A stretch of DNA of 47,107 nucleotides, from the NCBI GenBank assembly GCA_001655205.1, contig LPNZ01006696.1, positions 1 to 47,107 on the forward strand. The letters are read 5' to 3'. Origin of the DNA: Lenisia limosa (taxonomy: Eukaryota; Protista; Breviatea). Both the position numbers and the translations under genes were made by a program. Shown in pieces: positions 11,601 to 22,637 of the stretch. Numbering within the stretch: the stretch's first letter is position 1; the number at the start of each line of letters is the position of its first letter. Under the pieces are notes generated by a model. That model had not been told where the DNA came from. It saw only the letters and a list, made by a program, of their open reading frames with translations, and did not search any database.

Positions 11601-13711
11601 GGCCTTGGCTGTGTGTCAAGTCGGTGGCACGGAGGGGGGAGCTGCAGCAATAAGAACCAATCTTTAGATCTTTAGATCCCTGCATCAAGAATTCAGCCTT
11701 ACTGCAAACCTGAAGAATGGCGACGGCGCCACATGCACCGACGAAGACGACTTTGTGGGGTGGATGGGAGTAATGGGCAAGGCGGAGGTCAAGTCTGAAT
11801 TGTGAGTGTCATATGGCGCATCAAGATTTCGTACCAGGTGTGGTTAGAGAATGAGCGTGGTTCGGATTAATAGTCGACAACGCAGGTTCCCTGGACTGAA
11901 GCGGAGTAACAAGTTCCGAGGCAGTGAACTCATCCGTGGCTTCAACCTCGTAATGCTGCTGCGGCTCTTCATGGGGGGCGTTGTCTCCAAGCAATGTTGC
12001 CTCCTTTGCTTCACATTCCTCCAAGTAGCGACGAAGGTCTCCGGAATCCTCACCAGACGCCACAGTCGATCGCTTGGACGCACTGAAGCTGCTGCTGAGG
12101 TCCACCGTCATTGCAATGCTGTCCCTCTTCGCGGTGCGGGCTTCCGGAGATTCGTCTTTGAACCCCTCTCCGTCAATGTACATCGGGGTGAAGCCCAGGG
12201 ACCGAATTTCATTCAAGTCATCCAAAGAATCCTTTCCTGGTTCCCCTGGCTCAACAGGCGTTGGGAAAGCTGAAGGTGATAAAGAAGAGTAATACTTCAC
12301 CCTGTTCTTCTGTTGATGAGTTATCAAACAAGACATCCCGCACGTACCGCTTGAGAAATCAGCCAAGGCAGCGCTCAATGAAAGTGGTGTAAACTCATCA
12401 ACTGGGTCGGGTTATGAATGGAACGTTTTCCCTACCAGAAGGGGAGTTAGACGGTGTTTTCCTTGGGGTCCGTGAAGTCAGTGATCCTGACGGGTGACAA
12501 CGGATATAATTTCAAAGAAAGAAATGTTGATATGTTGGAGCTCTAACCTGGAGTGAAAATTCCAGATCTTGATGGGGACGAAGGAATGACAAATGATGAT
12601 GATGACCGGTTTCGCGTGCCGAACCTGAAGAGGTCAGCCACTGTCAAGAGCAATTTTTTCGGGTAAATTTTTTTAGTCATTTCGGTACTTACTTTGGTGG
12701 TTGCGGGCTTGAAGGACGAGAACCTGGGAGGTGAAGTATGTTACGAGAGAAATGGGACGAAAAACTCAACTCATAGAATTAAATCTTAAGGAAGCCAATT
12801 CAAAAGCAAAAGCAACAGCAGTAGTTTGAAAAAAGAAAGAGAGCTCTCAGAAGAATAACAGCAAGCATACGAGGAGAAGTCGTGACATCCAATGACGTCA
12901 CCCTGCCAAGTGGGCTAAAATGTCAACCGACAACAAGGACTCCAACCTTAGCACTCTCTCTTCTGTGCTCAGTGGGGAATAGGGGGCAAACTTGAGAGAA
13001 GTACCTCGGCGAGATGGAGAAGGCGATGCTGCTGAGGTCAGGATGGGCGTGGAATGCAACTGATGATGCTATCAACGAACCAACATACAAGGCGGAGAGG
13101 CCATTGGCGAAACCACTGTTGATGGAGTGAATGTTGGAAGATACTTCCGCTGACTCTGGGCCGCTCTGGCGGCAAAAGACGACCCATCCAGACCAAGGCT
13201 ATTTGGTAAGGAAGGAAGGAAAGAAAGGTAGCTCACTCCGCAATGGAGCCTCTTCTTGAAATGGCACGTCTAGGGGTTACATTTGGTTTCTCCTTCTAAG
13301 AAAATTGAGGTTAGCTTTTGAATTATCGAAACGTTGGCCATTTATAAGTATTGCCCAAAGCGGTATCCGCTACTCACCTCTTCAAATGCCGTTTTGAGCA
13401 GGGAAACACTACAGGCGTTACTAATGAATATGTAAAGAATGAAATGTTGATAATACTTCAAACAGGCTACGAAAGCTGAGGAAGGGCCACTTGCAACAAG
13501 ATAAACATGTAAACCCTCACCTTTTCGGTGAATGTCTTGTCTCTGTCTCTACTTCAAGAAATGAAGCCGATACATCCTCAGTGGAAGTAGTGGCAATGAG
13601 ATCAACAAGAGCATCCTCGATTTGACTTACAATGAGATTGAATTCTTCATCTAGGTCAACATTTCCACTGGTTTCTGGGTCATCTGCAACTTGCGGGTCC
13701 TCTGTGGACAT
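5674..13711 (-). CDS. FERM-domain plus RI-like leucine-rich-repeat protein with a long acidic/Ser-rich N-terminal region; multi-exon
   Basis: Start MSTEDPQ at 13711. I traced phase-consistent exons through several stretches of the N-terminal half. FERM-like motifs: F1 VLAITLVDGTCYKIP (~10790-10830); F2 end RIFRVYSSSSGLSAYSAELK and LTILEESLLFGSTVFS (~9730-9880); F3 VLKIAVAEDALFIQYK/EWERVTWEQF. LRRs: LPSIRGVDLTRNALS, VVELDLTSCDIDDKAL, LLSLSLRN, LYLDSNPSLG, LSVLSLKSCGL, LAVVHVCDNALS. Stop TAA at 5674-5676. Some junctions (8600-9150 and the two gaps) are unresolved. Confidence 0.72.
9268..9324 (-). repeat. Two-copy 28-29 bp tandem duplication of branch point + acceptor + exon start
   Basis: The minus strand reads GCTAATCACGTTTTAG-GAGTGGGAACCT-GCTATATCACGTTTTAG-GAGTGGGAACGT. 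Only the second acceptor keeps the FERM frame. Confidence 0.9.
10637..10712. repeat. Degenerate (TA)n microsatellite in an intron
   Basis: AT-only stretch plus ATATTCCATA x2. Similar (TA)n tracts occur near 29465-29490 and 46820-46850. Confidence 0.8.
11352..11432. repeat. Imperfect inverted repeat inside a 226-nt intron (11322-11547)
   Basis: The left arm AGGAATTCCTAAATTTACGTAAAAATT (11352-11378) pairs with the right arm AAAAATTTACGTAAATTTACGCAAAATTCCT (11402-11432), with a 14-nt exact core and matching GGAATT/AATTCC ends. Confidence 0.7.
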
Positions 13712-13895
13712 TTTAGTGTGTTTAGGAGACTATAAAAACATCAATAAATTGGTAAAGTTGAGAACTGTTCTATTGTTGTGTTATAAAGACAAGTTTTATA
13801 ACAACGTAACAAATATAGTCTGATTTTAGACCGATTGCACCGATTCTCGGGAGGGGGGGGGGTAATTTCCTTGCTCTAACCATCTTGCCGCCGGA

Positions 13896-13907
13896 AAACA
13901 CGTCATA
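13896..13907 (+). promoter_or_regulatory. Candidate promoter element AAACACGTCATA in the divergent FERM-LRR / RRM intergenic region
   Basis: Same 12-mer as at 23-34, at a similar distance from the downstream ATG (14099). Confidence 0.3.
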
Positions 13908-14098
13908 TCTATCTTTTCTTTTTATTTCCTCATTTCCTTTTGCCCTTTTGCTGTCCTCTCTCTCTCGCTGTCACGTTGTAACGCATTTGTTGCGAAAGGG
14001 AAGATTAGACGGGGGTTTTATCGTAGTTTTTCCTTAACCAGTTCAAAGACCAACAATCCTATATCATCTCATGAATCAAGAAACAAAACAAGTCTAAA

Positions 14099-17000
14099 AT
14101 GGCCCTTATCCCAGGGTTTGTTCCACCACCACAGGCAGTTGGTGCTCCCTATGCTGCCCCGCGTTTTGCTCCTCCTCATGGTGCTCCTCCTAGCTTTGGA
14201 TACGCTCCACAACCTGGTATGTGTTAGCTCAGAATTGTTGCAGGCACTTTCAATATTTTCTAACATCGCAGTAATGCAACCTAACCAGTTTGTCCCTCCA
14301 TCTAGTGGACCACCCCCACAGGTAAGCTGATTCGTTGTTTCTGTTTCGTGTGTTTTTTATGCATATCAAAATAGAACTTCCCTTTGAAAAACTCATGGTG
14401 TAGATGATGCAGATGCCTCCTCAGGGTCCTCCCCCGATGAATAACATTGCTGTATGTTACTTGAATTAGTGATAGGACTTACCCTTTTTAGGGACATGTA
14501 CCATCAATTATGGCACGACCCAATGCTGCTCCCTTCATAGCCCCTCCTCCTGTCCAGTACGCACCACCCGTTGTTGTTGCCCAACCCGCTACCAACCCTG
14601 TTCAATCACAACCTCCCCGTGAAGAAGACCTGAATAAATCGGTTTACATTCGGAGCAGAGGGACCCTGACTGGAAAGGGGCTCATGGAAATTCAGAACCT
14701 GATCGATTCCTTCAAGGCGTTGATGTGCAAGGTTGGATGAGCAAGCTCGAGGAATTTCTCATGACTTCAGCCAAACTATGATCGTTTCGTTCAAGTGGGG
14801 TACACTTTCCTTGAGTTCAAGTGGAGAGAGCCAGCAGAGAGAGCAATTGAGAAGATCAACAAACAGGTTTGGAAACCTTTTTGAGAGTTTGGTGCTCTAA
14901 CCTTACTTTAGGGATTCTTAGAAGCAAAATGGGCAACAAGGAGATCGGTAAGAAGGCGGAAGTTGGTCCTTTGTCAGAGATTATCCCTTTCTCCACTTTC
15001 TGGTTTTCTTTGTCACCTTCTTGCTGCCATTTGTTATTATCTATGATAAATACGTTCTCATCCCAAAAGTCCTCCCTTTTTAACACTTCCCAGGCCTCTC
15101 AGACTCAGTCGGCAAGCCAAAACCAAAACGCACCAAAAAGAGACAGCCATCCCGCACCTCGTGAACGAGATTATGATGTTGTAAGCGTGGTTAACTAGGC
15201 GTATATAATGAAGCAGATGAAAGGACGCCTTGAAGTATATCAACATGAGATCACGGTCTAGAGCCGGGAAGAAGAGAAGGATGGTCTTCAATCCATGAAA
15301 AACTCCCTGCTTGAATTTGCAGCTCATCGCATGCCTAAGAACGAAGAAGCCGAGGCAGTAAAAAGTGATGCAGCTGCCCAGCCAGGTTTGTTGAAATGAC
15401 ACTGAAAAAGTACTTGACTCCCTCTTATCGTACAGCAATGACTCGCGAGCAACAGACACAGATGAAGGACTACTACGTTAAGTACTACAGTGCCTATGGT
15501 TATGACAAGGCTCAAATGGAGGACTATTTTGAGAAGTACTTCAAAGCTCTATCTGCTGCTCCGGCGGCACCTGCCGTGCCAGCTGAGTCTGCTGCACTAA
15601 CAGCCCCCGAATCCGCCCCATCACCACCACCTGCTCAAGAGCCACCCGCTCCACCCACTTCTTCATCACTAATGCCATCTCCCTCAATGCAACAAATGAT
15701 GCAGGTTTGCTTGGGTGACCTTTTTCTTCCAAAATGAATGAATGTTTACCTTCAGTCCTCCTATTGTTTCACCTAATACAATTTTATTGGTTCTATTTTT
15801 AAATGTGTATTTAACCCTGAGTTATTTCAAGTTCAGCGACATGTTTTAACCCTTTAGCCCTCCATGGGAATGGGTGGTATGGGTATGGGAAGCATGGGAA
15901 TGGGAATGAGTGGTATGGGAATGGGAATGGGAATGGGTGGAATAGGAATGGGAATGGGAATGGGAGGCGTAGGAATGGGAGGCATGAACCAGGGTATGAT
16001 GAAACAAATGCCGCTGGATGTCGCGCAGGCAAACGCCCCTCGAAATACTCCGCAGCAAAGCGCCCCTCAGCCTAAACAGAACACCCCTCAGCCTCAAGAG
16101 GGCCAACAGGAACAGGAGAAATCAGCCATTCCAGCCAGCCAAGCCATGCCTGTCCAGAGGACTCCCGATAAAATTAGTGACTTGCCAATGCCAAACATGT
16201 CTATGGTGAGCAGCATAGCATCGAAACCATTGGGCATGCCGCCCAACGTGATGAGCTCAAATCCAATGGGCAGAGGCGGGCCAATGGGACAGATGGGAGG
16301 AATGCCGATGGGAATGAGCGGTATGATGGGAGGCCCTATGATGGGAAGAGGAATGGGAATGGGAGGTCCAATGAATCCAGGAATGGGAGGTCCAATGAAT
16401 CCAGGAATGGGAATGGGAATAAGCAATCCGGTGGGAATGGGTAATATGATGAGTCAAGGAGGAATGGGAAGAGGAAGAATGCCAATGAACAACATGCCTC
16501 CGCCTCAATCCCTTTCAAGTCAAGGACCGAGCATGGGCCCTGAGACACTGCAGAAGCCACAACAAAATATGCCTGGACCACCTTCTGGTCCCCCTCCATC
16601 TTCCCAACAACAAAGTATGACATGACGATGCCACATTATCAATTTTCCCATTTCTTCATTTATTTTTGTTATTTCCTCAGATGCACCCGCCATGAACCCT
16701 GAACGAATGAACATGATCCAAAATGCCCCTGCCCACAATCCTCATAGACAACCCATGCAGAACCAGCAACATGTATGTGGTCGTTGTTTCGATAAATTAA
16801 TTTTAAGGACAATGGTCTTTCCTGTTCCCCTTCATAGTCTCGGTCATAAGACTCATCACTCCCCAGCTCGAACCTCTTCCTTTGCCAAACCAAGGCCCCC
16901 CACGTAATCAAGGACCCCCTCACAATCAAGGCCCCCAAAACCGCGGTCATGGTAACAAGACACCTGCTCAACTCAATTTGCCATCGGTAAACAGTCTTAA

Positions 17001-17140
17001 TTATCTTCCAACCTTACTTCTTCTATTTGAGGCACATTTGAGGTCCAATTCTAATGTTGCAGGAAGCACGTGACATCCAAGCTCCCCAGAGCGCAGGTCC
17101 GACAATTAACCCGGCCCGTATGGCTATGATGCGCCAATAG
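14099..17140 (+). CDS. RRM-containing RNA-binding protein with Pro-rich N-terminus, Tyr-rich segment and Met/Gly/Pro/Gln low-complexity C-terminus; multi-exon
   Basis: Starts MALIPGFVPPPQAVGAPY. RRM-like exons: KSVYIRSRG (RNP2-like), NYDRFVQV, AERAIEKINKQ and GFLEAKWAT. These are followed by QMKDYYVKYYSAYGY, (MG)n tracts and NQGPP x3. Ends INPARMAMMRQ with TAG at 17138-17140. The RRM is divergent and I do not recognise the orthologue. Confidence 0.7.
15864..15985 (+). repeat. Coding ATGGGA-type hexamer repeat encoding (Met-Gly)n
   Basis: MGMGGMGMGSMGMGMSGMGMGMGMGGIGMGMGMGG. A second MG/GGPMNPGM tract lies at ~16275-16470 and includes a 24-bp exact duplication. Confidence 0.9.
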
Positions 17141-17228
17141 GTCTTTTTGTATTTTTATGACACTTGTATTCTGTTTGGTTCTATCATATATTTTGGACAA
17201 GAATTCACCATCCAAATCAATACCGTAT

Positions 17229-19455
17229 TTACTGAATAGTCTGCTCAACCTTAAAAGTCAGAAGAAAAACACGTCTCAACCTTTCCAAGGACCACACCCA
17301 CCACAGCAGCAGGGGCTTCACTAGGTTCGGAAGTAATCTCCTCCTCCTTGTCTTCTGAAGAGGCTGCGATAAGCTCAGCAGCTGGGTGGTCAAAATAATG
17401 ACATCAAAGGTACAAATAAACACTCAAAATACCTCTTGCGAGCTTCTTGCTCGAAGACATGAGTTTCTTAGAACCGGCAAGGTCAGTGATGAGAAGAATA
17501 AATGCGCACAACACGGCAACACCATCAAGACAGATGAATGCAATCATAGCCTTCTGGTAGCCGTACTACAGTTTGAGATAGTAGCTCAAGAGGAGATCCA
17601 AGTTTGAACACTTACATTGGAGATAATATAACCGATTCCAGCGTTAGTGCAGGCAAGCATAATGTTTTGGATACAATAGGTAAGGCTGAAGGGTGAGCGA
17701 GTTGAATACGAGACTTACCCGAAAGCGGTTCCAACATATTCTGGTTTGATGAGAATCGAAATAGAGGGCCAAAGCGCTGAGGGCACCAAAGAAAACGCCC
17801 ATCCAAGGCAAAGCTATTGTGTCAGAACGGTAACACTGGAGGAAACTACAAAAAGCCCGCTTACAAGAGGAATGACAGGACTAACATCGGTGAAGGCGAA
17901 GAGAATGAAAGTGGGAAGGTTAAGAAGAGTACCAAAGATAACTAAAAGGTTAACTGGGAACATTTTTCAAAGTTAGAACCTACCGAAAAGAGGTCTGCAT
18001 CCAACTTTGTCAACGAGGATTCCCATGAAAGGAGCAAGACAAATAGTGGAAAGGATGACAATTGAGGCATATCTTGATGCGGTTTGCTGAAAGAGTGAAA
18101 TCTGTCACAATTCTACTATCCAAAAGAACACAATCTAAGGCTTACATCAGAGTAGTCGTACTTCTCAGCAAGATATTTGGGAGCAATAGCCATAAGAGGG
18201 AGAACAGAACTGAAGTGTGAATTAAAAATGAATCAAGATTACAAAGATTTTTACCCCACTTACGAGTAGAAGAAAGCACACATGATGAGAACGAGGAAGA
18301 AGGCCTTAGGGAACTTCTTGACGTGGCTGAGTTTGAACTCTTCGGAACCTTCTTCTCCGGGACGGGGGAGACCAAGAGGGCGCTCGGCCTTTTTGTCAAG
18401 AGCCATGTAGATCACTAGAACGTTAGAATGGCCACATACACATGACACGTGCAAATTAATAAGAGCTTGAACACATGCTTACAAGTGAAGAGGAAAGACA
18501 CGAAGCAAAGTCCCGCAGCTAAATTGTGAGATATTGGGATATCCCAGTGATACACTCATGTATTTCCTCCCGATTCCCTCAAACAAATCCACAGGGCCCA
18601 AGTGTAACTTCCGGTGACTTCAGCAAACCAGTTCTCGACATTGAAGGTCACAAATGTTCCCATTCGAGAAACAGTCACAAGAATGGCATAGGCCTAGAGG
18701 TGAGTATGACCCAAAGCAAAGCCTACAGAAGCAATGTTGCCGCCATTCTGGAACCATCTGTTAACACCACCGTCCTGGGCAACATAGAGACTCTCGGCAC
18801 CAAGACTGTTCCATGAGTATTCCTCAAGAGATGACCTACCCGAAGACAAAGCGACCAGCAACCATCAACCAAAAGTGGCCAAGGGTAGGGCCAAGGGCTG
18901 TCAGCTGGATGGTAATTAGTTTTTGCAGTAGAGTGTCATTTTGGTATCCCTCCAACCGAAGCACCAAGACAGACGATCAGAGAGAAGACAAGAGCTGCTT
19001 GGCGGTTTCCAACTTTGTCCATAAATATACCACCAAGAACCACCTGCAAAATGACAAACAGTTTCAAACCGCCTAAAACCCCGGATAAAAATTCAAAATC
19101 ACTCACGGTAAGGGCAGAAGGCACATGGTAGGCAGTGTAAAGATAACCTAAGGATAAGAACAGAACGTGAAGCTGAGAGCAAACTGAATTCAAGGTCATC
19201 AATACCCATTCCCTCTTGGATATCATCATTAAGAGCGGAGGTTGAGTCGTATTCCACGCTAAATAAAGGTCAGCCAGGAGCAGATTAGTCTGAAGCTTAC
19301 TAGGCGCCAAAAGCCATCAATGACAGAAGACAAAGAACAACGTAACGATAAAAGCTGCTTCCTGGACCCCATTTTGGCTTCTTTTCGGAGGTGCTGGGAA
19401 GGAGAGCAGTGGTCTCCGTCTCAGGGACTGTATTAACTATTTCTTCTTCTGACAT
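17229..19455 (-). CDS. MFSD1: MFS transporter, MFSD1 (lysosomal dipeptide transporter)-like; multi-exon
   Basis: N-terminal acidic dileucine-like ETTALL. TM1 YRYVVLCLLSLMAFG, then LGGIFMDKVGNRQAALVFSLIVCLG and LGAESLYVAQDGGVNRWF...TVSRMG, matching MFSD1 GGESLAVAQNTYAVSWF...SMARIG. Stop TAA at 17229-17231. Confidence 0.8.
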
Positions 19456-19595
19456 TGGTACACTTCCTCTTGATTGAATCGGTGTTTTTAAAAAGGTCTT
19501 AAAAAAAAAAAAAAAAATGGTATAAAAAAGCATTCTTATGCAGGGGATATAATATATTATATTAACTTTTTTTCATTGTTTTTTTCTAAGGAATC

Positions 19596-20661
19596 ATGAC
19601 TGAACAGCAATTGGATTATGCCCTTGACCTTATGCGTCGCCTTCCTCCTAAGGATATCGAAGATAACCTTGCTGGACTCATTGATCTCTGTCCTGTATTT
19701 TGGGGAACTAAGCAAAGAAGCTTTGAGATGACTTACCACCTTTAGGACCTCATTGATGATCTCCTCAGCTCAGTTGATCAACCTTTGAAGGTTGCCACTT
19801 GCAAGAAGACTGGAAAGGATTACCTCCTCTGCGATTATAACCGTGATGGTGATAGTTACCGCTCACCTTGGTCAAATGAGTACGATCCCCCCGTTGAGGA
19901 TGGAGCTGTTCCTTCTGACGACCTTCGTTCTCTTGAAGTCCGTGCTAATGATGTTTTTGACATCTACCGCTCTCTGTAGGCACTTTTCAAACAAATTTGG
20001 GTATTGACTGATATTTAGCTACTATGAAGGTGGTGTCTCCTCTGTCTATACCTGGGATACTGATGAAGGCTTTGCTGCTGTGATTTTAATCAAAAAGAGT
20101 GGGTTTCTCCGACAGCTTTTTCAGTGTTTCTGACCTTGTAGGCTCTGGAGTTGGAAAAAAGAACACTCTTGAAGGTGTTTGGGACTCAATTCATGTTCTT
20201 GACGTCACTGACTCTGGTACCAAGGCAACCTACAAGCTCACTTCTACCATCATGCTCTCGATGGTCGATACTAACTCAAGTGTTGGAAAATTCAACCTTG
20301 CTGGATCTCTTACTCGCCAAGTGAGCTTCCCTCCTTTTCCCCTTTTCAATCTATTCGTTCTTACTTGCCTAGGCTGAGTCTGAGCTTTCTGTTGACGCTT
20401 CCAACACACACATCGCCAACATGGGCCGCATGATTGAGGATATGGAATTCAAGCTCCGTAACTCTCTTGACCAGATCTACTTTGGCAAAACTAGAGACAT
20501 CACCAACCAACTCCGTGTTGCTGGTTTGGGGGGAAGTATTTTTCTCCCTTCTATTTTACTTAGTTTGTCACTTCTCACTCTTTTTAGCTGGTGTTAAGAC
20601 TATGAATGCTCAGCGTAATGCTCAGCATGCTATCATGGCTGACTTGAAGGGCAAGCAGTAG
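19596..20661 (+). CDS. CAPZB: F-actin capping protein subunit beta; 6 coding exons
   Basis: [83 protein letters not shown] and [13 protein letters not shown] are all in frame after removing five GT-AG introns. Stop TAG at 20659-20661. Confidence 0.97.
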
Positions 20662-20730
20662 GGTATTTATTTTGGGGTTCTCTCTTTTCTTGAGATAATT
20701 TATTTTTCTTTTGTATCACAATCAGCTCAC

Positions 20731-22492
20731 TTATATAAAACAACAAGATTAGGGTGGTGGATATTGGGGTTGTAGGTGGACGACTTTTGGGCAACCTCTA
20801 GTTTCATGTCAATGGTGGGATGATAGGAGCTGTGGACTTCAACTTTGGAAAAGATGGTTCTTGCCTAGGGATATGTTATATAAAGGGATGAGCTAACAGT
20901 ATCAACGAAGGCTTCAAGCGACCCAGCCCTGGACGGGGCAAGGATATAGGCAACACCATCTGTTGTCAGCAACGACAAGATGCAGCTTGCTAGACTTGGT
21001 CCGGCTTGGCGACAATACAGACTGTGGGGTAATAGACAAATCCAACATACCAGTCAGCAACCAAAACTCGATCAAATGTAGAAGCGGCCAAAAAGCGCTC
21101 TGAAACAAGTAAGACAAAGCAAACCTACAACCTAATGACATCCCCCCCTACCATTGTCATTAGAGTCAGGCAATTTCTCCCACAGCAACTGGGCAACTTC
21201 CACAGGGCATGTGCTAAATTGGTAAAAGCTGTCTCTTTTGGCTTGAGGATGTTGTGTATTATAAACTTGTTTTATTTATACATTTATACAAGCAGAAAGG
21301 GACAAACTTTTCTGTTACTGATGNNNNNNNNNNNNNNNNNNNNNNNNNNNNNNNNNNNNNNNNNNNNNNNNNNNNNNNNNNNNNNNNNNNNNNNNNNNNN
21401 NNNNNNNNNNNNNNNNNNNNNGCGTGGCACTTGGAGATTGCCTTCCGCCCACTCGAAATTGCCCTGGCTTGCGTTGACCCACAGATCTATATCGATAAAT
21501 CTTCAGCAATATGCGGACGCAACAAAAAGACCATCAAATGCATAACGGCATTTGTCATCAGTGAATCCTTCTTACTTTTACAACAGCGAGAACTTCCATC
21601 AGTGACAACGACTCTCTTTGCTCCGGCTTGGGCTGCTGCAAGGGATATTGACCCCACCATACCAGCTCCTAATTCGATCACTGTCTTGCCTTCAACCTTG
21701 GGGGTGACATGGTGACATGAGATTTCTTGAGACTGAGGGACTTACCGCAAGATCAACATGGGATTCCTCCTGGTTGAGAAGAAGCCAGCCAAGTATCTCC
21801 TCTGCCGGCCAAAGGGCAACAGAGCCCGTGTTGTCTGTGCTGAAGGTTATTTCCCAGAAATGTATTGAGGAGACGTGAACAGATGTGGGGGGGGGGCAAT
21901 ATAAACTGTATTCAACAAGGTTGTACCGGATCATACCTGCTTCTGATGTAGCAACAGCATTGGAAGAAATAATTTCACCCTTCCATCTGGATAGTAAACA
22001 TACAAGCAGTATGTGACTATTTTCTTTTCTGGAATGAAAAAGACAATAATATCCTCTGTACATAGAGTATGTTGTAATAGTATGCGCCATACAAAAGAGA
22101 CAACCCAACACCAACCTCCTCGATATTACTTCACTTTTGTAAAGCGTTGACACCCATTCAACAGAGTCTTGCTCATCAAAATCCAACTCATCCAGATGCT
22201 GAAACATTAAAATAGAGCAAGTTGAATTGGAAAGTGGCGTATTTTACACTCACAAACATATATATAAACCACCATATCTTCACACCTGAGAGGGACTTGA
22301 CACAATCTAAACAGTAAGAACCACTTCAATATGAAGCAAATAGGCAAATACTTCCCTCATTCATACCTTTGACGGGAGAAGCCCGTGTAAGGGATGGGTA
22401 AGATGGTCAGGACTTCGGATCAGAGTCTTATCTATCAACGCTGCCCTTAGAATTTGCCAACGTGTTTTGGGTTTGTTTGGTTTCTGTGGCAT
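20731..22492 (-). CDS. CAMKMT: Calmodulin-lysine N-methyltransferase (Methyltransf_16 family); multi-exon
   Basis: TRWQILRAAL, DNTGSVALWPAEEILG, SAM motif VIELGAGMVG, VVVTDGS, LAPSRAGSLEAF and C-terminal YNPNIHHPNLVV all parallel CAMKMT motifs. An alternative start exists at 22543. One gap lies inside. Confidence 0.9.
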
Positions 22493-22637
22493 GAATGATA
22501 CTTTTCTATAACTTTTAGGATCACACTTGTTAACAACTATCATCTACGCATTGATATCATATCCACTCGCATGATAATTTGAAAATTGACCGACAAGTCT
22601 CAAAGATACTCTGGTATACTCGGGTTAAACCCTTGTG

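Noticed and set aside
15181-15261. Stop-codon reassignment (TAG as sense)
   Set aside because: CAPZB terminates at TAG at its expected end, conserved genes contain no in-frame stops after splicing, and both TAGs coincide with AG acceptors. No modelled gene ends in TGA, but nine genes are too few and the Trp codons I read were TGG.
15811-16508. His/Ser-repeat and Ile/Pro-repeat ORFs on the minus strand
   Set aside because: They are antisense shadows of the ATGGGA (Met-Gly) repeat.
5674-20661. FERM-LRR gene as CARMIL linked to capping protein beta
   Set aside because: I identified no CPI motif and no CARMIL C-terminal region after the LRRs, and eukaryotic neighbourhood is weak evidence.
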